DNA from: Gordius albopunctatus
Taxonomy: Eukaryota
Reading direction: 5' to 3'
NCBI GenBank assembly: GCA_964276515.1
Contig: OZ193909.1
Location: 3,844,001-3,908,000, forward strand
Length of the DNA stretch: 64,000 nt
Shown: one piece after another, positions 39,902 through 54,400 of the stretch
Layout: every line of letters begins with the position of its first letter
Numbering within the stretch: the first letter of the stretch is position 1
Position numbers and translations under genes: made by a program
The notes under the pieces: model-generated
What the model saw: the letters and a program-made list of their open reading frames with translations, nothing else
Told to the model about the DNA's origin: nothing
Databases searched by the model: none

Positions 39902-42667
39902 TTTGCCAATGCTTTTAACAGCATTCGAAGAGAAACCCTCATTAACACTTTTTTAGCTGTATCCACACAATTTTTAAATTACATTTTATTAAGCTATGGT
40001 TCTATAACCAAGCTTAGATTCGGCGAATACCTCATTGACTCGTCCGAAGGCATCCAACAAGGAGATCCATTAGGCCCTCCTTTATTTTGTTTAGGCATTC
40101 ATAATTCAGTCGAGGCTATATCATCTCAGTGTACCCTCGATTTAAATATTTTGTATCAACGACGCCACACTATTTGGCCGCCCGGAGGAGATTAGTAAAG
40201 CTCTAGAAATCATCAAAAACTTTGAACCCACTCTAAATCTTAAATCATACTCGAAAAAATGTTAAATCTTTTAGGTTCCCAACACTATTGACTTTCCAGT
40301 TTTTGAAACATTTTTAGTTTTAGAGAGAGAAAACATATAGGGAAGACCAGGGCTACTTTAGCCATAAAAAATTAAATCGCGTTTAAAAAAAACTAAAAAC
40401 AATTTTTCCATTTTTTTTGTTGGAATATATTTTTAAGGTCTATTTTTACTATAGGAAAAATATTTGGAGGCAAATAAAAGTTTATCACAAATTAAGTTTA
40501 AAAAAACAAAAATCTAAAATATTTTGAAAATAACCGGATCTAGTCATAGCCGTTAGATTTTTTTTAATGTATATATTGTTTATTTGAATGTAAGAACGTT
40601 ATAAAAAACGAAGTGTTAAAATTCGAAAAATATAAGAGCGGGTAGAAAACAAAATAAAAAAATTATAATTAAAAAGCGTCGCATGTATCATATAATAAAA
40701 GTTTAAAATTGTACTTTGCTATTAAAATACCAATTTTTTGTTTAACTATAAAATTTGTGGAATATTTAGAGGGCGGGCAGCGACGGCTGATATCTTTAAA
40801 AGGCTTGATGGCGGCAGGACCAAAAGTCTCAGAACATGAGGCAACGATAGGGGTAAAGATATTAGAGGGTAGGAGGGCTTCTGACGTTTTCACATCTTAT
40901 AAGTTTATGCTAACTCAAATCAATAAAAATATTCTTTCATTATAAAAATGTAGAAAATACAAATGTAATATGATTGTATTTTATATAAAAGAAATAAAAA
41001 TAGAGTCAAGATGATAATCTGACTTAAGAACACTCAAAAGGCGGATTTAGCAATGGAAAAAGACTTTTAGTCGTTTTATAATGTATAATCATAGTCTATT
41101 TCTATTCCAAATAACACTATGTTAGATTATTAAACAAAATTTTTTGTTTTTTAATAAAAAATGGCTAGCAATAGCCCCTCTCCGACTAGCCCCGACCCCT
41201 ATTTTCATAAACAATTAAAAGTTTAAGATGTTATATTGCATATAAAAATTTAATCATTAGACAATTTTTATATAGAAATCTCCCTTTATAAGATAAAAGT
41301 TAAATACATCCAAAATATTCAGCCTAAAAAATTTTATGTGCTAAATAAAAAATTTTGTAAAGGCTACTAATAGCCCCGAAAAATAGTTTTTTCTCAATAT
41401 AAATTTTAAATTTTATTTTTTCTAAGCATATTTTTTTGCTTATGGCTTATGGAAAAATACACATATGGTTTAAATTTTGCTTTAATATCAATATTATTTT
41501 ACAAAATAATTAGAAAGATAATAGTAACCCCGGGCTACGACTAGCCCCGGTCTTTCCTACCTTTTGGGATCATCCATTGGCGGCGAAAAATCTCTTTTAA
41601 ATTTGCTTCATAAGAACCTCGAAATATTAAAATCTAAAACGGAACTTTTAAAATGCTTGCCTGCACATCACATTTTTTACTTAATCAAAAACTATTTCAA
41701 CATTTAAAAGATTTATCATTGTTTTCGCTCATCTGCTGCATTTTGACACCAACACGTTTTAAAGTCGCACGAAGGCTTTTTAAAAACTTTATTAGAAAAA
41801 ATTTAAAATTTAATACTAACAATCGGATTCAAGCATCCCTTCCAACCAAATATGGAGGATCAGGAATTCGTCCTGGCGGCAGCCTATCGCTAGCTGCTTT
41901 TATTTCCTCTTTTAAGTCAGTCCAAAACTCAATTTTTAATCTCACAACATATGATTCCGACCCTCTGTTAACTCAAGCCTTGGAGCTTTGGAATTTGAAT
42001 GTGACACCAGAGACTATTTAACCTCAAAGTACGAGACAAGATTGGGATTCTTGACTAGTATCGCGCTCCGTTGATTACCTTTTATCGAGCAGCGATGATA
42101 GCCAGCATTACAACCTTAGGTCCCTCGCTTTTTATGGTCCCAGTCACGAGTGGCTTGAAGCCTACCCATGCAATCCCCTCAATCCGTGAGCCGTTAGATC
42201 CCTCTCTTGAAGGTAGGATGCGCCCTGACAGTTCTTCTCTAGTCCCCTGGCAAAATAGCCTATCCCTCAAATGGGATTTTACTTGTATTGACATATTTGC
42301 CTCTTCCCATTTTAATTACGACCCTATCGCTGCAGCAAAAGGGCGTAAAACTACAAAGTACTCTGCCCTTTTGGCATCCAATATTTTTATCACTGTCGTT
42401 GCCTCGTGCTCCTGTTCTTTTGGTAAGCAGGTAATGGGGTTTTTTAAAGAAATCGGAAAACGCTCACCGAAATCTAAAATTTCTTAGTCCTTTTTACTCA
42501 GGCAACAACTAGGGATTATTATTCTACGATACAACTATAAATCCTTTGCCGACTGATGGCCCATTTCAGGAGATCATGATATAGATCTATGTATCTAACT
42601 AATAGGTCTTTATTTATTTTTGTATTTAGCTTATTTATGTAACTTTGTTTCATTAAAATAAACTTTT
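39902..42667 (+). mobile_element. CRE-like RT/RLE remnant (copy 3)
   Basis: Duplicate of 2485-5250. Confidence 0.85.
40338..41559. mobile_element. TA-TSD MITE (copy 3)
   Basis: Duplicate of 2921-4142. Confidence 0.85.
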
Positions 42668-44064
42668 TAACCATAAAAATCATTGTATTAGTCAGATTTT
42701 GATTGCCATGATCGATATTAGTTAGTCTTAAATAGTTTTGTGATACAGTGTCAAATATAATTCTATATTATTAGCCAGGTATGAAGAAGGTTATGCTCCC
42801 AAAAATTCGTTTAAATAAAAGGCATGTATTTTGTTGCCAAATTTTTTGGTAGACTCTTTTGATGAAATTTTGACTTTTGCATTCGTCTTTAATCTATCGA
42901 TTCTTGCAGAATTGTTTATCAGTTATCTTTGGAGTTAATTTGTTACGAGAAATTTCGATGGAAGGCATTAATATGTTCACAAATCACAATAAAGTAAAGT
43001 AATGGTTAATAAATCGCTATAACTAATTTCGCCATGACTTTATTAGTTATCATGGCGTCAGGGGGTGGTAGGGAGGGGCAGCTGGCGCCCTCTAAATCCG
43101 AAAATACTTTAAAATTTCATAAAATTCTCATTTTGCCTCTCTTTAAACGTTATTGCCTCTAGTGATGGTGTTAAGTAAGATATAATATTGATATGAGTTT
43201 ATATCAGCAAGATTCATCCATATAATCCCATCTACAGAATAAAACTTTGGCGAACCTTTTAAGTTTGCGAGGACAAATAGAAGTTGACAATAAAGCGCGT
43301 CGCAATATAACATGACCAAGGTGAATTCGTTTCAAATAAATATTTTAACGATTTTTAAATAAAAGTTATTGGTAAGATTTTTTTCTCATAGATTCTTGAT
43401 AACAGATCATAATAATAATAAGGTTCTAATTTTTTTTAAATAAATTATAATATTTGTATTTTATCATGATAAAATATTTTGTGTATACCAAAAAATGTCC
43501 TATTATAAAGCATACATCGATAGCAATTAATATGGAAATTTATTAGTGTAAATAATATAAATTACACAAAGCTATAAGGGTATATGTAAAAAATAATAAG
43601 CCATGTTATGTTATTTTTGGGGCGTTAAGTTGAAGCCATTCTTTTATTGGATCGGATGTTGACTTCTAGAAAAATAGAATAATATTTATTGGTTTCTTAA
43701 TTTATTTAACTAATAGTTTTTATGATGCTCTGAGATCAACAGCGAAACTTGTATAGCTTTCAACACACCCGATCTATAGTGAAACAAGTAGATACGGTGC
43801 ACTTTTGAGGAATTTGATTTGCAAAATGCTCGACTCTGGTCTATTTTTAAAATTTCGACTAAGTCTAGAGGTCGACTAAGGAGAACAGACCAAAAAACCT
43901 TTGGTTTGTTTATGTTTAATCCACTAAAACCGAAGGTCGACCAAATAAAACCCAACCGTTTTTACTACACTACGCTAAAGAGACAAATTTGACAATCGTC
44001 TTAGTTTTCCATCTCAAATGATTAGCCATTTTTTATGCTGATTTATGAGAACAGGTATATTAGC

Positions 44065-44174
44065 TCAAGATATTCCATGCATTACATTTTGACATCGATC
44101 CCCAGCATAGCCATCTAGGCATATGCATTCGCCTTCAATGTTGCAGTCGTTACGTCCGTAGGCGTTAATGCAAT
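44065..44174 (-). CDS. Last exon (partial) of the EGF-like gene, copy 3, cut by the gap
   Basis: Encodes CINAYGRNDCNIEGECICLDGYAGDRCQNVMHGIS*. Confidence 0.75.
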
Positions 44175-44374
44175 NNNNNNNNNNNNNNNNNNNNNNNNNN
44201 NNNNNNNNNNNNNNNNNNNNNNNNNNNNNNNNNNNNNNNNNNNNNNNNNNNNNNNNNNNNNNNNNNNNNNNNNNNNNNNNNNNNNNNNNNNNNNNNNNNN
44301 NNNNNNNNNNNNNNNNNNNNNNNNNNNNNNNNNNNNNNNNNNNNNNNNNNNNNNNNNNNNNNNNNNNNNNNNNN
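44175..44374. other. Assembly gap (200 N)
   Basis: Run of exactly 200 N. Confidence 1.
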
Positions 44375-45418
44375 AAACCATTAATGAAGGCAGTGCGGCG
44401 AATGCTATTGAAAGCATTTTTAAAATCCAGTTTTATAAAGGAGTCACCCAGAGCGAGGTGTTCCAGGGCTAAGCCTGCGGCATGGGTAGCTATCTCGCAC
44501 CCTCCTTCGACCCCGAAGCCTAGTTGATGCGGTTTTAAAGTAGGGGTCAATATTGGTTTGATCGCCGAGCAAATTAATTTAGAAATAATTCTTCGGAAGA
44601 CACCGCCGATAGGGATAGGCCTGGCTGAATTGTCGGCCTTCCTAATAGCTAAAAGCTTAGCTCCAAAGACTATGGGCGTTATTTCTTTAGGTATACTCTC
44701 ATTGACTAAAAGGTTACAAAATTTGGTGAGTAAGTCTAGTAAGATGGAGGAGTTATTATTATCAATTGTTATAAGATATTTTAAAAAAATTGGTTTTATG
44801 CCGTCGAGACCACCTGCAGAATCCATGGGAAAAGATAAGATGGCATCTCGAATGTCTGATGACTTAAAAGCAATATCTGAAGGTTGCGAGGGCGATAGGT
44901 AAGTAGAAGATAGACTCTGGGGATGTTTGAGAACCATTTCTTCATATGATTTTTGTGAAGGACTCAAAAATGAATTGTCTTCTTCGAGGTATCTCATTGC
45001 GCTTTTGATGTTGAATGAGTGAATTTTTCTAGAGTTTTTTTTCGCTTTTTGTTTGGGGGTTAATATTTGGGATTCCTTTCTATCCATGTTATATGCTGGA
45101 GGGCTGTTTATTATGAGTAATTATTGCTTCCTTGTCTTGAGGAATATATCAAATGTAAAAAGAGAATTTAAATAATTTCTTCCAATAGGATAGGTTCGGA
45201 GGGAGAGAAATAATATTGTTAAGTAATTTTATTAAAAACTGTTGCATGCACGCCAGGGCCCCCCTTGGAATTCTGGATATGGTTGGTGGGAATGCTTGAG
45301 ATAAAAAGGCTCTGCTCCATGTCATGTCATTTTTTTCATTTGTGGTATAGTAGGTTTGATGATGTATTAGATTAGGTATATCTGTACCAGAAGGGCTAAA
45401 ATTAATGTTATCATCCAA
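44375..45418 (-). mobile_element. CRE-like 5' RT fragment (reverse copy, cut by the gap)
   Basis: Reverse duplicate, ending at RRTAFING at the gap edge. Confidence 0.88.
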
Positions 45419-45641
45419 TATTAAGGTAGATGGTGGACGTATTATGTTTGGGGGAGCGAACTTCCCTGATGAGGGGCATTTATTTGTAACAGGGCTATGT
45501 TGTAAAAAACAATACTTTTTGTTTAATTAGATATTTCTGGAGCACAAGGGGCATAGGGATTTCGAAAGGACTATTTAATATGTATTAGAATTTTATCACA
45601 GGCAAAAAGATTTATTTATGTCAAAACGAATGATTTATTGT

Positions 45642-47813
45642 AACCATTGCACGGTTTACTTATCGGTACGGATCCTGATTCTAGTCTGTTCCTCAAGTCA
45701 ATTCGGACATTCGATTTATGCTTCCAAATGACATCGTTCGGAGCAAAAGAAATAGTTGAGAATAATGCTGAAAACTGTCAACAATTTAATTCAACGTTTA
45801 AAATGAAAAGCAAGGTTTTCACAAAGGGGGTTCATTGCTGCCGATGCCAAAAGAATCTTATAAATTTTTACAAATTTACTTTATGGGTGGTGGCGACTGC
45901 GAACGCGCACTCGCTAATCGCGTGAATGCACGTTGCGGCTACAACAACAAAAATTTCTGCGAATATTTGGTAGGTCTGAGAATTGGTTTTAAACTATTTT
46001 TTAAACCACTAAGTGATAAGACGTTCAAGTTATTTTGTTACATACGTTTTGACGTTTAATAAAATGTCAATCAAAAGCAACCTCATGACGTCATACAGGA
46101 GTACTGTAAAATGCAACAATTTAAATAATCTTTCATATAAAAAAAGAGCTGAAGTATTCTATTTATTAAAAGTATTCTATTTATTAACATATCCGCAATA
46201 ATATTTTGCCCCGCACGTTGCTGGATGTATTCGAATGAGTACTTTAAAACTTGATAATCAGTTTATTGTTCACCAAAGAAATCCAATGGACGAATACGAG
46301 TTATAACTTATAATGATATTTAATCAAATTGTCAAGACAACAATATCTTGGATTTAAATGCAAGCGTTAAACGATATCAATTATTTGTGCGCGGTCAAAA
46401 TATAAGTGCGCAAAATAGGTGATATTGGGTGATGTGGAAGGACTAATGAAGGTATTGGATTAGGGGTGGTGTAGGTTTTCTGAGATAGTTGCAACAGGAC
46501 AACCGAGTTCTAAGTAAGAAAAAAAATATTATTATTTGCAGGATAAAAATACAGCTATTTAAACCCTGTCGATGTACTGAACTTCTCAATTTGCATTAGG
46601 GATGCCCTCAACCTTACGACAGGTTGATGTACTGCACATCTCAATTTGCATGAGGAATGCCTTTAACATATTCGCCTGTTTCTAATTAGTGCCTTAAACA
46701 AACCATTAATTAGGAATCTCCCACAGACGATAAATAGTTTCTCAACCTTTTATTCACACCACTAATTAAATTAAATTTTATTCCCACCACTTATTAGGTT
46801 ACTTCAATAAATTAATTGGCAATATACAACACGAGGATTAGCACTTGCTCACATTTTGATTTAGTTCATCGACAAAATATCTCCTGAAGACATTGATAGT
46901 TTAATTTATGCAGAAATTCCAAATCCGTGTACTGATAAATTATTGTTTGATATTGTTACTACAAACATAATCATGGCCCATGTGGATATTTTAATCAATC
47001 ATCGACATAGTGTATATACAGTGAATCCAATGCAGACTTAGTTCTTTCAACTGCGACTGTTGTTGGTTAATGGCACCGGCTCATGGTCATTTCACGATAT
47101 ATGTAAAGTAAATGGACAACAGTATCTAGCGTATAAAGATGCATGCCCTACATTAGGCTTGCTAGAAGACGACAACTATCAGGACAGTATTCTTACTGAA
47201 GCAGCATTAAACTATACAGGAACACAAATTCGTCAACTATTCGCTATAGTGTTGACTGAATGTTTTTAAAATTAGTCATTTTGGTATGAGTTAACCAAAT
47301 CAATGTACATCTGATTTACTCAACACTGATATGAGTCTTGAACTGCAGTATAATACTTTAGAAATGGCAGCGATTGTTACTCGCAATGTCCCACCACTAA
47401 CTCATGAACAAAAAACCATTTACGACCGCATTATGCTGATAGTTTCGTCAGGACAAGGGGTTTCTTTTTTTTTTTTTTTGTTAAAGTTTATTTTCAAGAA
47501 ACAAAGTTACATTAATAAGCGAAATACAAAAATAAAGACATATGGTAGAACTGGCAAAACATTTCTCATTTAGATAATTCTTGCCGACATACGATACAAA
47601 AAAGGCATTGCATTGGCTGTGTCATTAAAATATTAATGAAAAACTCGAAGTCAGCATTTTGAATGGCAAGGTTCGATGTGAACATGTATGCTGTCACGAA
47701 TCCCTATGATTCCCACATATATGCCGATTGAATTCAAACGCATAAAATTTCCAATTAGATTGGCATTCCCATGACAATCAATAAGGCGCAAGGCCAAACG
47801 ATGTCTATTTATA
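45642..47813 (+). mobile_element. Helitron remnant (reverse copy)
   Basis: Reverse duplicate of 32513-34684. Confidence 0.9.
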
Positions 47814-47970
47814 GCTTAAATGAATTATTTTTTAATCGTCATAATTTGATGTATATATAGGTAGCAAAAATGATTTAATAAAGTATAAAGAATGAAATTA
47901 ATAAATGATTAGTGTATTGTCATTTATAAGCCAACAATCATTAACCTGCAATTTATTTACTAATTTCTAA

Positions 47971-48426
47971 TATAACAATTAATTAGTTGAATAAAACGAG
48001 CTGAAGTACAAATATTAATAATAACAATTAATTAGTTGAGTAAAACGAGCTAAAGTACAACTATTAACAATAACAATTAATTAGTTGAGTAAAACGAGCT
48101 AAAGTACAAATATTAATAATAACAATTAATTAGTTGAGTAAAACGAGCTAAAGTACAAATATTAATAGTAACAATTAATTAGTTGAGTAAAACGAGCTAA
48201 AGTACAAATATTAATAATAACAATTAATTAGTTGAGTAAAACGAGCTAAAGTACAAATTTTAATAGTAAAAATTAATTAGTTGAGTAAAACGAACGGAAG
48301 TACAAATATTAATAGTAACAATTAATTAGTTTAGTAAAACGAGCTGAAGTATTAATAATAATAATAATTAATTAGTTGAGTAAAACGAGCTAAAGTACAA
48401 ATATATATAATAACAATTAATTAGTT
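47971..48426. repeat. 49-bp minisatellite (reverse copy, different internal unit variants)
   Basis: Same length as the other copies; central units carry the TTTAGCTC variant. Confidence 0.95.
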
Positions 48427-48463
48427 GAGATATTATTTGAAAATTATACAAATTAAAGTCGTA

Positions 48464-51400
48464 ATGCAAAATTTTATGCATAAATATTTATTATTTATAT
48501 TGGCGAGTAAGCTTTAATATATATTTGACTTATATTAAATATAATTATATCGATTTAAATCATTGGAAATTATTAAAAATTACCTATTCAATATTTTGAT
48601 ATTTTGTTAAAATTCCAAAATTTTTTAAAATTTAGTTCTATATAAAGTCAACTTTGCGCTAACGTACGAAGAATTTAATGACAATTTCAATGCGTGTCCT
48701 ATAGGAAGTTATGGAATTGATTGCTCACAAAGTAAAATAACACCTTTAAAAGTATCAATGAAAAAGTTTAAAAAAAGTCATAACATTTCGATTAGAACCT
48801 AACTCAATATGAAAAATCAAATATCGTTTTTCATTTGGATATTTAAACTATATTCGTTGGTTAAGGTTTGTAGAACAGAATCAAACAATCAATTCTTTTT
48901 AAACAAATCAGAAAGGATTAAAATAAACTTTTTTGAATTAAAAAATTTAGAAGTAGTAAAAGGCTTTCATTAGTTAGTAAATAATATTAAAACGTTTCGA
49001 AAATTAGCCCACTTCACAGCCTAAAACTACAAATCTAGTTCCACTAAATAATGCCTCATAATCTTAATACTATATAAATTAACTAAAATTTAACGTTAAT
49101 AATAACTTTGATAAAATAGACAGTTAAAAAATGTTAAATACTTTCAATAAAACACATTTATAAAAACATATATTCTTTTGTTTACGCATATTTCACATGC
49201 TTATTAATAGATTGTTCGTGTAACTTGAAAGGCTCATTTGGTGAATGTGATTTTTATGGTTGGTGCATATGCCATGATAACTATTCCGGAGGCTATTGCC
49301 AAGACGGTTATAATAATTATGACACATAATATATTCATTTCCAATTTATCAGTTATGTTATTTATGATTTGGCTATCAAAAAATTAATTTAGAATTAAGA
49401 AAATTTTCTTCTTCTTTATCAAGTATTTGATCTCACTGTCGTCGGATTTGTTTTGACAGTTTTCTTTTATCTTGAATTGGTAAGGGCCATGTCTTGGTTA
49501 ATATTCTTATTATTCATAACTTTGTCCACTTGTCCTTGCAATGAGACAAGAGCGTCCTCCTCCTCCTTTCCACGATACCCCCATATACAGTACTTTTCGA
49601 ATACATCACTCGTCTTCCTTCTTAGTATGTGCCCATCTTTTTTCGTTAAGTCCGTCATAAGTTGAATATCCATTTTCGTCCTGAGAAACATATGGTCGAG
49701 CTTAGTATACCCAAGGCTCCACCATATGACTCTCTTCTCCATGGCCTGTACCAACTTTTCTTCCGTGACGTATAGTGCCTCTGTAAAGTAACCCCAATCT
49801 TACGATGGATTTGTAAGCTTTGTTCTTCAACCATAGTGGAATTTTCTTGTCGCACATTACACGTGATAGACTTCGCCATTTAAGCCATCTTTTTTGAATC
49901 CGGGCATTTACGTGTGTTGCGTAATCTCTCTCCTAATGTTGCATCGAGTCAAGGTATGCAAACCTATCTACTTTTGGGTACTTCATATAATCATCTAATG
50001 ATGTGGTGTCTATAACCTTTATCTCCATGTACACCGTTTTTATATTTTTGACCTTTAAACCATATTCCGCTGAGCGCTTTGACCATTTTTTGGCTTCTTA
50101 GAATACTTTCTCCTTTGTCCCTTCGCATAGTAATATATCATCGGCATATAGCATACAGCAGATGGCTTATAAATGTCTCTAGTTATCATCCACAATTATA
50201 TTGAATAAAAAACGATTTAAAGCAGATCATTCTTGTAATCCAATTTTAACCTAAAAAGGTTGAGAGTCTCCAACTGTCGTCCTAACGCACGTTGAAGTTT
50301 GATACATATTTTTCATAAGTTGTACATATGCGTCAGGGATGATTTATTTTACATTTACCAAAATATGGACTTTGCAACAAAACCTAATTTATTTGTATAT
50401 GACCTTCACCCAAACTAAATTTTTATATCATATAGGATCAACATCTAATCAGATGAGAGATTTAAAGTAAAAAGCAGCTGACTTAACTTGCTTTTAAATG
50501 CCACAATTAAAACATTTTGATAATCATCTATGTTGTATAAATCAAGGAAACACATGTATGAATAGAAAACCAATTCAATGCAGGGGGTTAAGATTAATTA
50601 GTTCATATTTAATTAAAATACCGTTAAAATTTATCTATATGAAAGACATTATTACTACGCTCTCTATATAATAGTAATAATAATAAAATTCTGAGCTAGA
50701 CTCATATGCAACAAACTTCATTGTTTATTTAGTGAGTAAATGTCCATCTAAAAAGGTGAATCCAATCGGAATGTGCATTTGTCAGGATTACGTTGTTGGG
50801 CAACTCTGCAACGAAAGTAAGTAACTTCTAAACCTATTTACTATGGCATAAGCCAACGATTTGAAAAAATAAAAATGAAATGTATTTTTGGGGCAATTAC
50901 AGAGTGCGTTCGGAGTCAAACACTGTGGACTCATAATGGATACTGCGTTTGCAAAGATGGATTTTATGGTCGTTTGTGTGAATCGGGTACATTATTCTCT
51001 ATTAACCCTCGAGAGCATTCGTGGGGTCCAAACACAAATATAAAATGCATTTAAAAACGAATTAATCTGGCCTTTTCAGTAGCCTAATATTTTACCAAGA
51101 ACTAAGTTTTAGGAAAATTTCATAACTTTTGGCCCACTACTTTTTAAACTGTGTACCCCACGAATGCTCTCACGTAAGTTTTTTTCTATTGGAAAAAATG
51201 TATGTATTTTTTTTGTTTGATGATATCTTTTACAATTTGTGTTTTTAATATATTTTGGACATTCTTTTAATAAAAAATCACGTTTATTTTGATTTATTTT
51301 AAGGTATATGATGTCAAGAGGTAAAACTCTAAAATAGTCAAAATAAAAATGGGGGTCAAGAAAATCGTTAATAAGTTTTGTAATGTTGATTAGATTCATA

Positions 51401-54400
51401 TCAAAATTTATACCATCAATCTTAAGACCTTTATAAACACATTTTCAAAATTTGAAAGGTTTAAAAAAATACTTAAAAAGTTATAGGAAGTTAAAAAATG
51501 GGGTCAAATATACCCCACGAATGCTCTCGCGTTCGTGATTTTCAGGAGTGCTCTCGAGGGTTAATAACGTCGTTAATTTGTTTCATAAAATTTTGAGATA
51601 AATTTGGCTTGTTCGTGATAACTGTGAAGGTGTACAAAGGTCACAACACCATAGAAATTGGTGCAACTCGTTCATAATGAGTTATTTGAGTTTTAAATAG
51701 AAACTATTGAACTATAAGTGATATCAAAATCTTACTTTTGCGGTGTTTTAAGAAGAATATTGCAAATAATAATTAAATGACATTATTTATAAGTGAGTTA
51801 AAAATTTATATATAACTTACGTAAGAAATTCAAGTCACTGTTAATATTTCAAAACTTATATTGATTTATATTTGGGTATTGAAGATAGATATATTTATGA
51901 CTCTAATCAAGATATTAATAAATTTAACATTAAAAATTATCGCACTTCCTATCCATTTAAAACAAAGCAACTAGATGCTATAAGGAGTTAAAAGAGGTTT
52001 AAAGAAAGTCGATCTTAAAATTAGAAGGCAGTAATCAAGGTTATTTAAAATATGAAACCTTATTACAATTTTATATTTAAAAATCTTTTTTAGCTATAAC
52101 TAAATCATAGAAAAAAATATATATATATATTCTAAAATTTCTGACTTTATCAAATTCTCAAATTTAATGATTAATTCCGTTTTTTGTTATTACATTTTAC
52201 CAGGGACGAATATAATATAACAACATTGTTAATATTACCCGTCACAGTATCTTATATAGCTGGCTAATAATCATTCTAAGATTAATCTAAACTAAAAATT
52301 AGATTATATTTGAAAATTGGAAACCATCAGGTTGAGATGTATGTGATTATCGATTATTATTTCGAATGATTTTCACATGTTTATAATATTTTTTATTTTA
52401 ACTCCGACATTTTAGGAGCTTACAGTTTGGAAATTTAACAAAATTTCCTTCAATAGATATAATGACTTTTTCATCAATTTTTTTATGAAAAATTTGTAGT
52501 TTCTAGATTTAAAGTTTAAGATAAGAATAAATGACTTAAAAGGTCTGGGTCCCCTTATTAAATTATATCAAAATTGAAAAATTCAATAATCATATCTTAA
52601 ATTCACCTCTAATGTATTTGTTAGTTTGTAGTTGTAAGCATATGAAAAATGGAAACAAATGCTCTTGGGAAGGCAAATGCGAATGCCCAATCGGCAAATA
52701 TGGAAGCAACTGCAGTTCAAGTATATATATATATATATATATATAATTTTTATATATAAGATTTAGTCTTTGTTTTAATAAGTTTCATCCATCTTGACGT
52801 TATGAAATTATGTTTAATCATTATCCTATATATATATCGCGTGTGTTATTTAACTATTTTATTATTATGGACATGTCTAGGGGTGCCTATCCCCCCTCTT
52901 TTAATTGCTATGCATTTCATGGTTAATACATATTATTATATATTAAGCCAAATGAGGATTAGAATTTAAAAATATCATCAGTATGCATCTCAGTTAATCA
53001 TGAGCATCTTCTTTGCATCCCCATTTGAGTAAAATCTGACTTAGCCCATCATAAATTCCACCTTAACTACTCTCTATTACCAACTTATTTTTTTATAATA
53101 AATTTTTGAATACCAAATTTTCAATGATTAAAGCAATAAATGATCAAAACATCCTACCTTAAAAATTCATTTTCAGTGATAAGTTAATTTAAAAAATGAA
53201 TTTTTTAACACTCTCTGTGTTGTAATTTCAGGAGTTCTCTAGGTACACCTCTCAATCATTGATTTAAATTTTACAGCATATTTATTTAGGGGGAAGAATT
53301 TTATTGTGATTTCAGTAGTAAAATATATAATTCAATTTACTCCTCATTTTTAAATTCTACCATTTTTACATCTTAAACTCATAGTTACCTATTTAAAATG
53401 ACTACTTCATAGATTTATTCTCATATAATTTCAATAAATAAAAAGCCATATTTTTATTTAATATAAAATTTTTTTTACCAAATTGCACATCTTCTGTAAT
53501 TTTAAATGCAAGGAGTAATAATTTTGAATCGTTAATAGATTGCGAATGCCATGAACGCAATTCCAAATCTGCCGAATGCAAATGCCATTATGAACGCGAT
53601 TCAAAATCTGGTGAATGCAAATGCCATAAAGGCGATCCCAAATCTGGCGAATGCAATAGAAAGCGTTGTTATTGCAAAACAGGGTTTTATGGCGACGATT
53701 GCAGTAAAGGTATTGGTGAATGTCATTTATATAAAAAATAAATAAATAAAGCTCGCTTGTTTTGCTATAAAATTAGATAATACAGATTGGCAAAACATTT
53801 GACTAGTGATGATTATGTTTTAATACGTATTAATGATGAACACATGAAGTCTGGTTTAACATGTTTTATAAATTAGGGCTTTGTAAAGATTGTCAAATCC
53901 TTTATTTTTATTATTAAACCAAAACACGCAATGATAAAAATCAAATAACAGCGAAATTAAATATAAGCGAGGGTGTTGGTAAGGATGATAAAAAATTTAG
54001 CAGGTTTGATGATTAGATAACTAGCTAGGTGCAGTTGAAAGCTATGTCAACAATGTGATGTTGGTAGAATAAGATGTGATCGCAAAAGTAATGAATAAAT
54101 GGAATATCCAGAGGAGCAGAGTAACGTTGGAGTGAGTCCTGTAATCCTTTTATATATGTTTGATAAATCTGGAAAAATCTATATATTTCTCGTAAAAAAA
54201 AACAATTTGGTACATGCCAATAAAAATACCAGTTTAACTGCAGTTGGATACATCGAAATCGCCACAGCTTAATTAAAGTGACAATAACATGCGTTTTCAA
54301 CCATTTCTGATTGACCTATAAGTTTAAAAGTCTTTAAATTATTTCTAGGGGAACCTTATAAATCTATTAACATATGGAAATAACTTTTTAGATTATTCCA

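Larger units (their letters stand above)
37414..44174 (+). repeat. Tandem unit, partial copy 3, truncated by the assembly gap
   Basis: Same sequence as 18705-25480, with private variants from about 40470 onward, including a 16-bp deletion near 43357. Confidence 0.96.

Noticed and set aside
44065..45087. 340-aa ORF appearing to fuse a reverse transcriptase to an EGF domain
   Set aside because: It reads through the 200-N gap and joins two unrelated contig ends; artefact.
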